Virus record (IMG/VR): IMGVR_UViG_3300037047_000246
Reading direction: 5' to 3' (one strand)
Length of the DNA: 64,000 bases
Origin: a virus
Taxonomy: Duplodnaviria > Caudoviricetes
Shown in pieces: positions 28,660 through 40,100 of this stretch. Each line of letters begins with the position of its first letter. Position 1 is the first letter of the stretch. The notes beneath the pieces are model-generated. The model saw nothing but the letters and a program-made list of their open reading frames with translations. It did not search any database and was not told where the DNA came from. The position numbers and the translations under genes are program-made.

Positions 28660-29353
28660 ATGGCCTTTAACTTTTTTCGGCACGTTCACAAGAGCTCAGT
28701 GGTACGACTTTAAAGACTTCGTATTCACTCAGAGGCCAGAGATACAAGCTCGCATCAGGATGCTACAGATGGAGCTTATTCGAGTTGGCCAATTGAAATG
28801 CACCTACTCCGACGACAACACGACCCCGCTGTCGTTCAAGGCCAACCCGAATTCGTATGTGGGCAAGCTCCTGCAGGCGTACAGAATGCTTGGCGGCGTC
28901 CCAGAAAACGACATGCTGCTGCGCACGCGCGAAAACACCGTATACCTGAACCGCGGCGCTAGCATCGACGACGCGCCGAGGTATACGAACGGTCGCGTGA
29001 ATAGGGGAGGACAGATTTTCGATAGACCGCTAGGCCTGTCCGTGGAGAAGCTGAAGAGGTGGCAGCTGGAGTCCATAAAGGCCAAGCGGGAGCACTTGGA
29101 ATTCAAGATAAAGCGAGCTTTGGACTATGCTGACCAGCTCGAGCAGGAAGTCGAGCTTCTTAGGGGATTGATTGATGGTTTCTCCATAGATGACCAGATA
29201 ATGCAGGTTGAGGTCACAATGGAAGAGCCAGGCAGAGCCAATGTGCCGCCTGGGGTAGGCGACAGATTTGGTCTCGGCATAGGCCCGGTCGGTGACAGCA
29301 CGATGGAAGACGTGCAACAAGCTGCCGTGGAGGGCAACCAGCGCATAACATGA
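28660..29353 (+). pseudogene. frameshifted hypothetical baseplate-region gene (about 230 aa if the T6 run were T5)
   Basis: ATG GCC TTT AAC TTT TTT CGG stops after 17 codons. Removing one T from 28672-28677 gives MAFNFFGTFTRAQWYDFKDFVFTQRPEIQARIR joined to the 28760-29353 ORF. Confidence 0.6.
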
Positions 29354-30507
29354 GCTACGATTTTGCTCTGCAAAAGCTCTGCAGCCACGAGATACGCATG
29401 GAGACTGCGCTGTATGACAACGTCAACAACGCAGTCAGGCTCGGCATGCCGCCAGTGAACCAGAAGATAGACTTGTGGATCAACGGCGAGAAGGTACCGC
29501 AGAGCGGACTGTGGTCAAAAGCATCAGTGGCTTTTCTCAATCAAGCTCCATATCGCATCAGCAGGGGTCAGAATGATCTGCTGTATGTGAAGGTAGGCAA
29601 CGGACCTCCTGCGTTCGTCCAGCTTCTAACCGGCAACGTGAAGTCACAGGACCTTGCCAAAGATTTGTCGAGGAAAATTCCTGAGCTCAGGTTTTCGGCC
29701 CGCCGGGAGAAGATAGTTGTAGAGTCCATGTCGCCTTCGGACAGGGGCGCTTTCTCGTTCGTGGACCCCAGATGGACCGACAAGACTGAGTCTCTTCCTA
29801 CGACGGCCAGGGTGCTGGCCGCGTACGACAAGCTAGGCATAGTGCCTGGTCGCGTTGTGTCTAGCAGAATGCTTTTTCCGCCGTGGACTGTGGAAAAATT
29901 TGCACGGTCGGACGACGAATACGAAAAGGTCATCCAGTTCCATGACACGCTGCTCAACAGTCGTCCAGTGATACATGTCAGCTATGTGACCTATGCGAAC
30001 TATTGCAGAAGGTGCAGCGGCTCTCGCATGGAGTTCGACTACAGCATCGTGAATAACTCTTACGAGCGCGTCAGTGACGCCGATTTGCTGGCTCAGGAAT
30101 TTGACAAATTCCTGTTCACCAAGCTGGGTTCGCACTGGAAATGGCCTTGGCTCGGCTCCAGAGTCATGGATAGGGTTGGCGGCAAAGGGTCCTCGGCTCA
30201 AGTGACGGCAAGTTCAATGCTCACGCTGGACGTAGGCAGGGCTTTTTCTGTATACCAGAACATCAAGTCTCAACAAAGCCAAAATTTCACGCAAGACGTC
30301 ACCGATGCGGAGTACCCGCTCACAATAAAATCCGTGAACGTCTCCACGTTGCCGAACGACCCGACTGTTGCATTGATGAACATTGTCATAATTTGCAGGA
30401 GCGCGCAGCCGATCGCGCTCAGAAGAATTGTTGGCAATCCCAATCCATATATGATAGGCGCCGGCCTGGGTGCTGCGGTGGACCCGGCTTTCCTGCTCAG
30501 GGGATGA
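29350..30507 (+). CDS. baseplate wedge protein with a C-terminal gp25-like domain (385 aa)
   Basis: C-terminal LLAQEFDKFLFTKLGSHWKWPWLGS...LTIKSVNV...VALMNIVI pattern, CRRC motif; directly upstream of the J-like gene; ATGA overlap. Confidence 0.6.
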   Translation: MSYDFALQKLCSHEIRMETALYDNVNNAVRLGMPPVNQKIDLWINGEKVPQSGLWSKASVAFLNQAPYRISRGQNDLLYVKVGNGPPAFVQLLTGNVKSQDLAKDLSRKIPELRFSARREKIVVESMSPSDRGAFSFVDPRWTDKTESLPTTARVLAAYDKLGIVPGRVVSSRMLFPPWTVEKFARSDDEYEKVIQFHDTLLNSRPVIHVSYVTYANYCRRCSGSRMEFDYSIVNNSYERVSDADLLAQEFDKFLFTKLGSHWKWPWLGSRVMDRVGGKGSSAQVTASSMLTLDVGRAFSVYQNIKSQQSQNFTQDVTDAEYPLTIKSVNVSTLPNDPTVALMNIVIICRSAQPIALRRIVGNPNPYMIGAGLGAAVDPAFLLRG

Positions 30508-30538
30508 CGGCCAATCTTTTATGAGTATCGTGTAATGC

Positions 30539-33500
30539 ATGTCCACCCTGAAGCTGAACTACCCCGACAACTCCGGGACGACAACTTCACTCACGATGAC
30601 CTCCAACGTGAACGAGCTGTCGTTTTCCGGAACTATCGACGCCAACGTAGTCGACATACAAATTGACGTCAACGGGGCTGGCTTTGTGTCAGACCCGTCG
30701 CTTGTGGAGATGCTTCCGGGGGCCTTCCGTGTTCCCAATTCATCAAGCCACCCCAACGGCCTTTTCTTCGAATATGGTCAAAACGTCGTTCGCTTAAGGG
30801 CAGTGGACGTCGGGGGAGGCGTAAGCTCCCCTGCCACGATTTCTGTGGACATAGTTTCGGAAGCCGATCTGGACATCAGCGTCCAGTCTCCATCCGGAAT
30901 GGAAATTCGCCGTCGGGCAAAGTCCGTGGACGTCGTTTGGTCAGACGTCATGACTGATGGAGCCAGCGGATACAACATCTACGCATCCACTGGCCCCGGC
31001 GGCACTGGGTCGGGATACCTGCGCGTGAACGCGGACATGATTCAGACCGGTTCCTTGAGCATCACAGAATTCTACGAAGATCCAATCGGAAACTTCTCCT
31101 ACGACCTGTCTGACACCGACGGCAGCAGCGATTTGCTGATAGTGACTGATGCCACCAATCCAAGCACTGGACTTGTCAGGGAGCGCAAATCTGTAAATTG
31201 GGTGCCGCTGGTCGGAAACTCTCAGTACAGAATCACGGTGGACGTGGCGGCCCGCATACAGTCACGCAAGTACGTCTTCAATCACGACAGGACAGCCAGC
31301 ATCGGTCGAGGCATACTGAATTCGGACGTCTTCAACTCTGTGAACGATGAGGACCCGCTGTTCTATGTCGTGACAGCGATGTACTTCGACAAGTCCACTG
31401 GAGCTTATCTGGAGAGCCACTACTCTCAAGAGTTGGCAGCGGCTCCGCTGCCGATGGACAGGACTGTCAGGGGCATCAACATCAGAGACCAAGCCAAGAT
31501 TGCTCAAGACTACATAGGCGTTGTGCAGGCTACGGAGCCTACTTTGTCTCTCATTCCAGGATCCACAGTGAGAGAAGTGCATATAGAACCGTTTGCCAAC
31601 GAAGCGCAGCGCGTGTACTTCCTGCTCGATTTTGTGCACAGGGCCAAGTCGTTTCCCGCCCTTCTGGCGATTGACGACCCCAGTCTGACCGGATCCAGCG
31701 TCAGCGTCGACAAGTCTCAGTATAAAATAAGTTTGCGTTCGGCTCTCGGGGTTGCTGACGACGCCGTCGTGCAAAACTTGATAGATGGATCTTTCGACTC
31801 GCTGGCGCTGAATTTCGGGTTGCCTCGACTTGGGGCTCGAGCCGCCACGGTGGTCCAGACATTTTACACGACCAAAGCGCCGACGCAAGACATGATTGTG
31901 TCGCAAAACGCAGTGGTGGCGTCGTCCACCAACAGCGCAGCGCCCCGCTTCGCTTCTCGCGGCGCGGTGTTCATGTACGCTAGCCGCGCGGCGCAGTATT
32001 GGAACGTGGAAAAAGGCTGGTATGAAGTCAAAATTGAGATGATAGCGGAGTCCGCCGGATCTTCCGGGAATGTTCCGGCCGGCACTTTGGACGTGGTGGT
32101 TGCCGGGGCCCCAGGATTCAAAACAGTCAACGAAGTGGCGTCCGATTACGGTCGAGACACTCAAGGCAATCTTGAGCTCGCTGAAACAGCAATGCGAGCG
32201 TTGACTTCGCTCGACACAGGCACGGAAGGCGGATACTACAAGGTGTCAGTCGCCACGCCCGGCGTGCTTGAGACGAAAGTGGTGCGGTCCGGGGACGCGT
32301 ATATGATGAGAGACTGGGACCCGATCCGCAAGAAGCACACTGGCGGAAAGGTGGACATCTACGTCAAAGGCGTCATTGAGCGCACCATAACAGAAAGCTT
32401 TGCCTTTCAGTTCACAGCTGCAAGGCGTATGCGGTTTGAAGTTGTGAACGCAGCCACTCTGACGCTCAGGGCGATGGACTCCAGGTTGACCCCGTCCAAC
32501 CCGATACAAGAGATTTTGAACAATCCCTCTCAAGGGCTGGGCGTGCGCAACCATTCCACAACGCCAACTGCGTCGTACGATTTGACCGGGGCTGTGGTGG
32601 TGGACTACAACACGATTCAACTCAACACGGCCATACCGCAGCCAGCAACGATGTTCGATGACTTCATAGAAGGGGACTACAGATACCGCAGCAACAATAG
32701 GTTTGTGGCCACAGTGCAACCTATGCGCAGGGTGTCTGCAGTCGTCGGAGAGCTGTCGGGCACTCTCGACTCAAGCACTGGGTATGCGCTGTACCATACG
32801 CAAGACCCGCTGCTGGAAGGCGGGAGCACGCTGGCAAAGGACTACGTGTCCATAAACCAGGTTGGGGGCATCCCTACCGGCCAAATCGTGCAAGTCAATG
32901 GCGAACAGCACGTCATGATAGCTCAGTTCGAAGAGCCGCTTGGCTCTGTCGGCATAAACACGTTCACCATTGCTGTGTACAGCCAGAACCGTCTTACGCA
33001 GTACGAAGGGCCGAACTCGCCCAACCCGGATTACCTGGTGGTGGAAGGCACGCAAACCACGTCGGCAAGGATAGTGCGAACTGTCAATTCAAATATAGAC
33101 AGCGGCGCTACGGTATCCGTGGACTACCAACATGACGAAAACTTCGCTGTCACGTACGTGGTCAACGATGTGCTTCAGCGCGTCAATGCCGCTGTGAAAA
33201 ACACGAAGCACCTGGCGGCTGACGTAGCGATCAAGGAGTCCATTGAGAACCCGATGTCCATTGAAACCACAGTGTGTCTCATGCCCAATGCCAACAGGAC
33301 CACGGTCGACTCCGGCATCAGGACAGCGATAACGCATCTTGCCAATTTGCGAGGTCTTGGGAACCCGATACATCAGTCTGACGTGACCGGAGCAGTGGAA
33401 GCTGTGGCAGGGGTGGACTACCTAGTGCAGCCTTTGGCCAAATTCACGCTGCGGGACGGAGCTTACCGCATCAGGGAGCATGTGTACTCTGACTACGAGA

Positions 33501-33961
33501 TGCTGCCGTCGCTTAGCTACGGCGCAAATGCAGTTTACATAATGACGCAGCCTCTGCCGTTCAACACCACTGACGGAGGAGGCCCAGATATGCTTCACAC
33601 CGGCGTCTACAAAGACGAGCTGATGATGCAAAAATCGCCGTCACTGCACGACGTAGGTCGCGGAGTTGACAGGTGGTGGATCGTCGGCGCTGCCGGAGCT
33701 GTGATTTCAGGGTACACAGACGACGCAACGCTGTTGGCCGCAGTGTCTCCTGACAGGGTCGAGTCGGAGCGCATCCGTAGGACCGCCAACAAGGTGGTGG
33801 TGTCGCTGAGCGCCAGCACAGTGCCGTACGATACGCCCGATGCTCATGTGTTTGCCGCCACGTACGTGGTGTTCAAAGACAGAGGATCGAAGGACATCAC
33901 AGCAACAGCCATAGAGCACCTTGCTGCTGGCGACACCGTAGTCACGTACAAGTCAGCGTAG
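30539..33961 (+). CDS. baseplate J / gp6-like wedge protein with N-terminal Ig/FN3-like extensions (1140 aa)
   Basis: LIPGSTVRE..IEPFA, DSLALNFGLPR, AESAGSSGNVPAG, TVNEVASDYGRD..G..E, GTEGGY...GKVDIYVKG, SDV..AVEAVAGVDY motifs of the J family. Confidence 0.8.
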   Translation: MSTLKLNYPDNSGTTTSLTMTSNVNELSFSGTIDANVVDIQIDVNGAGFVSDPSLVEMLPGAFRVPNSSSHPNGLFFEYGQNVVRLRAVDVGGGVSSPATISVDIVSEADLDISVQSPSGMEIRRRAKSVDVVWSDVMTDGASGYNIYASTGPGGTGSGYLRVNADMIQTGSLSITEFYEDPIGNFSYDLSDTDGSSDLLIVTDATNPSTGLVRERKSVNWVPLVGNSQYRITVDVAARIQSRKYVFNHDRTASIGRGILNSDVFNSVNDEDPLFYVVTAMYFDKSTGAYLESHYSQELAAAPLPMDRTVRGINIRDQAKIAQDYIGVVQATEPTLSLIPGSTVREVHIEPFANEAQRVYFLLDFVHRAKSFPALLAIDDPSLTGSSVSVDKSQYKISLRSALGVADDAVVQNLIDGSFDSLALNFGLPRLGARAATVVQTFYTTKAPTQDMIVSQNAVVASSTNSAAPRFASRGAVFMYASRAAQYWNVEKGWYEVKIEMIAESAGSSGNVPAGTLDVVVAGAPGFKTVNEVASDYGRDTQGNLELAETAMRALTSLDTGTEGGYYKVSVATPGVLETKVVRSGDAYMMRDWDPIRKKHTGGKVDIYVKGVIERTITESFAFQFTAARRMRFEVVNAATLTLRAMDSRLTPSNPIQEILNNPSQGLGVRNHSTTPTASYDLTGAVVVDYNTIQLNTAIPQPATMFDDFIEGDYRYRSNNRFVATVQPMRRVSAVVGELSGTLDSSTGYALYHTQDPLLEGGSTLAKDYVSINQVGGIPTGQIVQVNGEQHVMIAQFEEPLGSVGINTFTIAVYSQNRLTQYEGPNSPNPDYLVVEGTQTTSARIVRTVNSNIDSGATVSVDYQHDENFAVTYVVNDVLQRVNAAVKNTKHLAADVAIKESIENPMSIETTVCLMPNANRTTVDSGIRTAITHLANLRGLGNPIHQSDVTGAVEAVAGVDYLVQPLAKFTLRDGAYRIREHVYSDYEMLPSLSYGANAVYIMTQPLPFNTTDGGGPDMLHTGVYKDELMMQKSPSLHDVGRGVDRWWIVGAAGAVISGYTDDATLLAAVSPDRVESERIRRTANKVVVSLSASTVPYDTPDAHVFAATYVVFKDRGSKDITATAIEHLAAGDTVVTYKSA

Positions 33962-33970
33962 GGGCAGCAC

Positions 33971-34789
33971 ATGGCTATTGTGAAAGTAAATCAGAACGCC
34001 TACGAGAGCGGCGAAGAGTACATAGGCAGACTCAACCAGGAAGCTGAAGTCAATTTCAAGGCCCTGCTGACGATGTTGTCTTCGTACTGGCAGTCTACCG
34101 TAGACGGTCCAAACTACGCCAGGGAGATCAAAGCTGTCGCCATCGCCATGTCCCGCATCCGCATTGCGCTCGACGATGTGAAATCAGACGGCGACTACAG
34201 ATCCACCAGGGCCGAGTTCCTGTATCAGGTTCTGGGTTCCATGCTGTTTCCAGGGGAAATGGCCAACCCAAGCCACAACGACGCAGATTTTGCTGCATTT
34301 TTGCGCAACTTGGTCAAAACATATTTTGCCGGCAGCGTACCGGCCAGCATCAAAGCCGCAGTGGAACTAGTGGTGGACGGCATGCAGGTGCGCGTCACCG
34401 AAAACTACGTGGAAGCTCGCAAACCGGGGTCTGGGCTCGACATCTCTGACGAGCACACGTTCTGCGTGGACGTCATGCTGTCGTCCCCGGGTTCCATAGA
34501 CGCGTTTTTGGCTGAGAAAAACACCAGGATACTGCTGGACATTCTGCGTCCTGCGCACACTCTGTACAAGCTCAAATTCGTGCTGCGTGATGAATATCTA
34601 GGCAATCGCACGAAGGAGGGGGACCTGGTGATTGAGCCGTCAAAGGTGTCCGATTCATCCAGGTTTGACTTGTCCAGCTATGGATACGAAGACTTTCGCA
34701 AGTTTGTCGAAGGCATAGAGGGGCTGGACCCGCTAGGTGCCAAAAAGTCTGTGTTTGTCGAGAATGAGGATCACTCGCTGGACTTCTGA
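33971..34789 (+). CDS. baseplate I / gp7-like wedge protein (272 aa)
   Basis: GSVPASIKAAVE...V.VTE and LDILRPAHTLY (xPAH motif of gpI/YmfQ-like proteins); follows the J-like gene. Confidence 0.65.
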   Translation: MAIVKVNQNAYESGEEYIGRLNQEAEVNFKALLTMLSSYWQSTVDGPNYAREIKAVAIAMSRIRIALDDVKSDGDYRSTRAEFLYQVLGSMLFPGEMANPSHNDADFAAFLRNLVKTYFAGSVPASIKAAVELVVDGMQVRVTENYVEARKPGSGLDISDEHTFCVDVMLSSPGSIDAFLAEKNTRILLDILRPAHTLYKLKFVLRDEYLGNRTKEGDLVIEPSKVSDSSRFDLSSYGYEDFRKFVEGIEGLDPLGAKKSVFVENEDHSLDF

Positions 34790-34833
34790 CGATCTCCGAA
34801 TCTGGGCGCAACGGTTCTTTAATCAGCTGACGG

Positions 34834-37194
34834 ATGGCGATGACAGTGGTAAGCATATACGTGCACGACATCGGCTCTCGAGAGATTAGAGTCAAGTTCA
34901 GTGCTCCTGTCGAAGCAGCGGACGATGCATCGGCATACGTCATTAGAGCGGTTGGCGGAGCGCACGTGCCCGGCATTTTGTCGGCCAGATATTACGACGC
35001 CGACAAAATGTCTGTGGTGCTGGCGCTGGACTCTGCTCTGACGAGATTCGAGCAGTACATCTGTGCAGCCATGCACTTGTGGTCCACAAACGGACATCCG
35101 GTGACTGAAAACCCGTTCGGGTTCGTTGCCACTGACCTGGACGCCCCGATTGCTCTTGGTGCCTTCCTGTCCACAAGGGGGTGCGTAGACGTGGTGTTCG
35201 ACAGACCTGTGGCCGCAACGTCAGTCGCTGCCTCTGCAGACCTCATGTCAAGCGGCATAGTCTCCATGGACTTGGTGCCGTGGTCCGCGGGGCAGTCTGA
35301 AAACAACGTGCGTTTTCGTTTCGATTCCGCTGCAGCAGGATCCGAATTTGTAGTCAGGTATTCTGGCGTTTTCGACGAGTCTGGCAACTCGTCATCCGGG
35401 TACATTCCTCTGACTCTGGCGCATGCGGTCACAGGGTATGCGGATCTTGTGCAAGCGAAGATCACAGCAGCCAATTTTGTAGACGTCAGCAATGCCAAGC
35501 AGTTCGCTACGTCTGTGGTCCGCGTACATTTCAGCTGTCCGATGTCGCATGCTGACATCACCAATAAGTTAAAATGGCTGGTGGTGCAGCATGGCGCTCA
35601 CGCGGCTCCGGACATTTCCAACCAGGTCACGGCTGCTGCGGCTGTAGGCGAAGCTTCGCTGATAGCTTTGGTGAATCAGGCCAAAGTGAAGCTGAACGCA
35701 CACTTCGGTTCCAGTGCTCACACAATGCCGGACCAATCGAACCTGGTAGAGCTGCCGCCAGCCACAGACTTCGAATCTGCCCGCTGTCTCTTGCAAGCAG
35801 AGCAGACCGCCTACCTGCTCCATCTGAAGAATGAAGAGTCCCATCTGTATGCGGACGAAATGAACATGTGCAGCGGTCTGGCGCCTGTAGACTTGGCGGA
35901 CGCGCTGTCCAAGGCCAACGACTTCAAGTCCAAGTACAACGGCCATACGGCAGCGATTTACCAGGTGCCCTTCTCCAGCGCCTACTTGCCAGTGGGGCCG
36001 ATAGCCAACTTTTCGTCAGTGGCCATCGCGCCTCCGGTCGTGGACCAGTTTACGTGGTACGCCGACTTGCATCTAGCCACAAGCGCGACGCGCGCTGTGA
36101 TCAGCGTCTACTCTGTAGGTATACGAAGCGAGGACATGGCAAGCTCGTCTTCGCAAGCGATTGAAGCTTCGCCGTATTCTAGCAGCTTGCAGATAATGTG
36201 CGCGACCCCGATAGTCAGAGGAGTCAGGCTCCGCGCCGCATCTGGCGTAGCGATGCGAGATGCAGACTCTGTCAGTGTCAAGCAGGGCGCGAGGTCTGTC
36301 GCGGCAAAAGCGCACGCCGCCGGGTCTCTCTCCACGCTGCTGTGGGCGTACAACAACACTCTGCATGCATACAGAATGCACATCAGCGACCCCGCGTCTG
36401 CGCCGTTTGTCGGCGCGCAGCACAAGGAGCTAGACACTGTCAACACAGTATCCAGTTCTGAGTATGCCACGCAAATCAGTCTGAGCTCTCTGATTTTTCG
36501 CACGAATGCTTTGAAGATGAAGCTCAGTTCACATTTCTCCTCAGATGTGTTCCACTACGGTCGGGACGCCGAGGTGGAATTCGACGACGCTGCTGACCAG
36601 GACGCCCTGGCGGACCTGATTGATCACCTGCAAATGCGGCTGCAGCAGCACAACTCGGCCGGGTTTGCTGCAAACGGAGACGCGGCGCAGTCAGTGCCGC
36701 TATACCACGAGTTCCCTGGCATAAGCGTGTCCAGTGCTCCGGTGAGAGACCTGTTGGTTGTGCAAACTGAAGGACTCGTACACGGAGCACTGGCCGACGT
36801 TGAAATGCGTGCAGTCAAGACGTGGCATGACAACAGACCTAACCACGCGTCGAGAACATCCTCCGGACATGTGTCGGAAAGATTTGTCGGCATAGACTCT
36901 GTGCCTGTTTTGACTTCTGCCGTCGCAAGGAGCGGACTCGACGGACCGTCGCCAAGCCATTTGTTGCCGGACTCCGTGGAGCTGTACATGTCCAAGCCAA
37001 TGCGACAAACGTCTGTAGTCCCCGGAGCCAACGTGCTTATCGACGGCATGACCCTTCTGGACGCCAGTTGGCTTTCCGACCGCGTCGCGTCCGTTCGCGT
37101 TGCCGGCATGTCAAACGTTGCTTACACGGTCCAAGTAACTGGCGTGCACGACCGTGCAGGCAATCCCCTGCACGAAGACGTCGGACCACTATGA
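34834..37194 (+). CDS. virion protein with Ig-like domains and 6 His-His-Asp repeats (786 aa)
   Basis: Ig-like ends (VKFSAPV...Y.I; YTVQVTGVHDRAGN); repeats such as ALVNQAKVKLNAHF...H..D..N at about 35590-35950 and 36320-36655. Confidence 0.65.
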   Translation: MAMTVVSIYVHDIGSREIRVKFSAPVEAADDASAYVIRAVGGAHVPGILSARYYDADKMSVVLALDSALTRFEQYICAAMHLWSTNGHPVTENPFGFVATDLDAPIALGAFLSTRGCVDVVFDRPVAATSVAASADLMSSGIVSMDLVPWSAGQSENNVRFRFDSAAAGSEFVVRYSGVFDESGNSSSGYIPLTLAHAVTGYADLVQAKITAANFVDVSNAKQFATSVVRVHFSCPMSHADITNKLKWLVVQHGAHAAPDISNQVTAAAAVGEASLIALVNQAKVKLNAHFGSSAHTMPDQSNLVELPPATDFESARCLLQAEQTAYLLHLKNEESHLYADEMNMCSGLAPVDLADALSKANDFKSKYNGHTAAIYQVPFSSAYLPVGPIANFSSVAIAPPVVDQFTWYADLHLATSATRAVISVYSVGIRSEDMASSSSQAIEASPYSSSLQIMCATPIVRGVRLRAASGVAMRDADSVSVKQGARSVAAKAHAAGSLSTLLWAYNNTLHAYRMHISDPASAPFVGAQHKELDTVNTVSSSEYATQISLSSLIFRTNALKMKLSSHFSSDVFHYGRDAEVEFDDAADQDALADLIDHLQMRLQQHNSAGFAANGDAAQSVPLYHEFPGISVSSAPVRDLLVVQTEGLVHGALADVEMRAVKTWHDNRPNHASRTSSGHVSERFVGIDSVPVLTSAVARSGLDGPSPSHLLPDSVELYMSKPMRQTSVVPGANVLIDGMTLLDASWLSDRVASVRVAGMSNVAYTVQVTGVHDRAGNPLHEDVGPL

Positions 37195-40100
37195 GGAGCA
37201 TCTGAAGTGGCGTCTATATCTTTGTCCGGGATCAACTCGGTCGCAGACAGGATCCTTTTCACGCGTCGGGCACCGATCGTGAAAGCACCGCTCCCTCTCC
37301 TCACCGGCACAGACCTGGTGATTGTGTCGCCAACTACCGTGCGCATTGCCACCGCAAGCTTCACATCAGGAGACATCGGCAAACTAGTTCGAGTTGTCGG
37401 CAGTCACGGCGGTCGCAACGATGGCACGTTCGCAATAGGTGAGGTGCCGAACTCGGTTACGGCTGTGCTGCGAGATGCCAATTTCGACACCGCTGATTAC
37501 CAGTCCACGCTCTCCATGGTCGTGGCGCTAGCCAACTCGCTCAAAACTGCCTACAATCACCACCTGTCCAATGTCGACGCTCGAGTGGAGTTTCCGTCGC
37601 TGACCCACGCGAACAACGACGCAATGAACGCGGCGTCTGCTGTTGCAGCAGACGACTTGCCGACAGCTGTAGCGCTGTTGAACGACGTCAAAGCATGCTT
37701 CGCAGCACACGCCGCAAATTCAGGCGGTGACTTCCACCTGCGCCCAGACGTGTGGAACGATGTCACGTGCGCGCAGGCAAACGATTTGAGCAGTGCTCTA
37801 GTTCTGGCGAACCAGCTTCGACAGAAGTACGAGGCGCACCGTCTGGAGCGAAGATCGCATCACCTCGGGGATATCGCCAACAAAGTGTCCAGCGATGTTG
37901 CCGTCGTAGTACGGCAAACAGCTCCAGGGACGCTCGTCGGTCCGTTCGTTTGGACGATTCTGGATCCGATGCTTGGAATGGTGGCGGATTCTCCTCAAGA
38001 CGTTGTTGTCAGAATCAACGGCTCTGTTGTTGACGCTGAAGCCGTATTCGGCATGTTTGGCGCTGTCGTTCTCCCATCAAAGCCGTCTTCAGGAGACACG
38101 GTCAATATAGACTACAGGTACCTCAACAATCCGCCGGCAAGATTTCAGCGGCTCAACTCGCCAGAGTTCGTGCTCAATCAGGACAAAAACAATGGCATCA
38201 TGGGTTTGCCGTCTCATCGGTACAGAGCCAGGTCGTACCTTGTCGATCCTGGCCACACTCCTGATCTGATATCTGCTGTGTCTCCGCTGCGAGTCGGGTG
38301 GAAGTATAAAGCGTTTGAGCGCCGATATTCGGCGTCGAGCAACGATCCATCCAAGCTATTGTTGAACTCCCCGATAAACAAGCTCAAGTATCCGGTGTTC
38401 AACACAGTGATCCGCGAAACCACGCTTTCGTGGGACGCGAACGTGTTGCCGCAAAATGCAACCGACCCATGGACGCTTCAAGGCCTGGGTCTCGTGCAGC
38501 TGTCGAACAACCTGCTGACTCTGGTGGACGACGATCTGCAAAGCACAGCATCCAGTAAGCCGCCATTTTTCACGCACGCTTCAGACATTGTCGTAGACAG
38601 CGTGGTGTCGGCAGCGTTCAGAGCAAGCGTCAGCGAATACCTGCCGGACGGCGTGTTTACCGGAGTCGGATTTGGACTGTCTGACGGATACAGTGTGGCT
38701 CTCGTAGGATTCGTAAAGACAGATGCCACGAATTTGTCTTCTGCCATCGTGATGGCAAACAGCTTGAAGTCAAATTTCAACGCACATCTGGTGCATCCGA
38801 CTGTGCACAATCCGAACGACCCAGCTGACTCGACGTACTTGGTGGACGCCAAAGACTTGCAGTCGCTAGTCATATTGCTGAATGCGCTGAAGCTAAAGCA
38901 CAATCTTCACTTGGCGAAAGCTGACCCAAGTTTGTCCACTGCCGGTGTTCACAAAGCAGTGGACAGCGCCCATATGGTGGCCGCTGCTGACGCCGACGAT
39001 TTGGCGTCAGCAGTTTCGCTTGCCAACGCCATGCGAACGGCTTTCAACGCCCACTTGACGTCTCCCGGGGTCCATTTTGTGAACGATGCGTTCCACGCGG
39101 TGGAGCAAGTTAGGCAGGTGGGCGTGTTGACCAACTCCGGTCCGCACGAGTTTCAAGAAAGCTGGGAAGCCGGGGCCGCCGACTGGACTTCTCTCAAAAC
39201 GTACAGGCTCAGCCGTGACGCCGCGGGCAACGTTCAGCTGCACATGAGTGGAGACGTGCTGCCGCTGGTGACTGTTACCAAGAACCGGCTGCCTGCCATA
39301 TCGGATTTCGAAGGAAAATTCGACCCAGTTCAGCAGGTGTTCTTCGGATCCATAAGCAGGGAGGCCACGTCGCGCAGCCATTGGAGTTTGGTTCGGGCCA
39401 ACATAACCCCGCTCGATTCGAACCTGTTGGAGGACAACAAGACCGTCTGGCTAGACGGATCTGTCACTCCTGAACTTGACACATTAAACCCGTGGATTAC
39501 TCTAGGCCACGGCGGGGTGGAGCGAGCAGTTGCAGGTTCGTGGATCCAAGTCGAGTCCACAAGCTCCGCCAATGTCGCGGAGCTTGTCACCATGGGAGCG
39601 AGCTCCGGGGCGTTCCGCGGCTACATGAGATTCGAGCCCATGCTGTCTCCGAACACCTCGTCCGTGGTGGAGTTCACAGCTTCGATAGAGTACCACACAT
39701 TCAGCGTTGGCAACAGATCGCACGGGCTGTATATGGACGACGGCCAGCAGTCCGTCCACTTCGCGTTCTTGTACCACAATCCGACGCCGGCCTCGGTTAC
39801 AGGATCTGTGGCAGAGCCTTTCGTGATTTTGCCCACAGACAAGCTTGTCATAGGTTTTGACGGTGCTCCACAGAGAGTCGTCTCCTTTGAGCCGCCAGTG
39901 ACTGTGCCGCCCACTCCGCCTCCTACGACAGCCGCTCAAGTATGCGGGGTCATCAACGCCGCGGTAGGTTTCAGCCTCGCCTCGCCTACGTCCTTGGGGC
40001 ATGTTCGGCTGACCTACGGGTCTGGCGTTTCGTCGTACATGACAATAACTGGAGGATCTTCGGCATTCAACGCGGCGGCAAGGCTGGGCATTCAAGCCGG

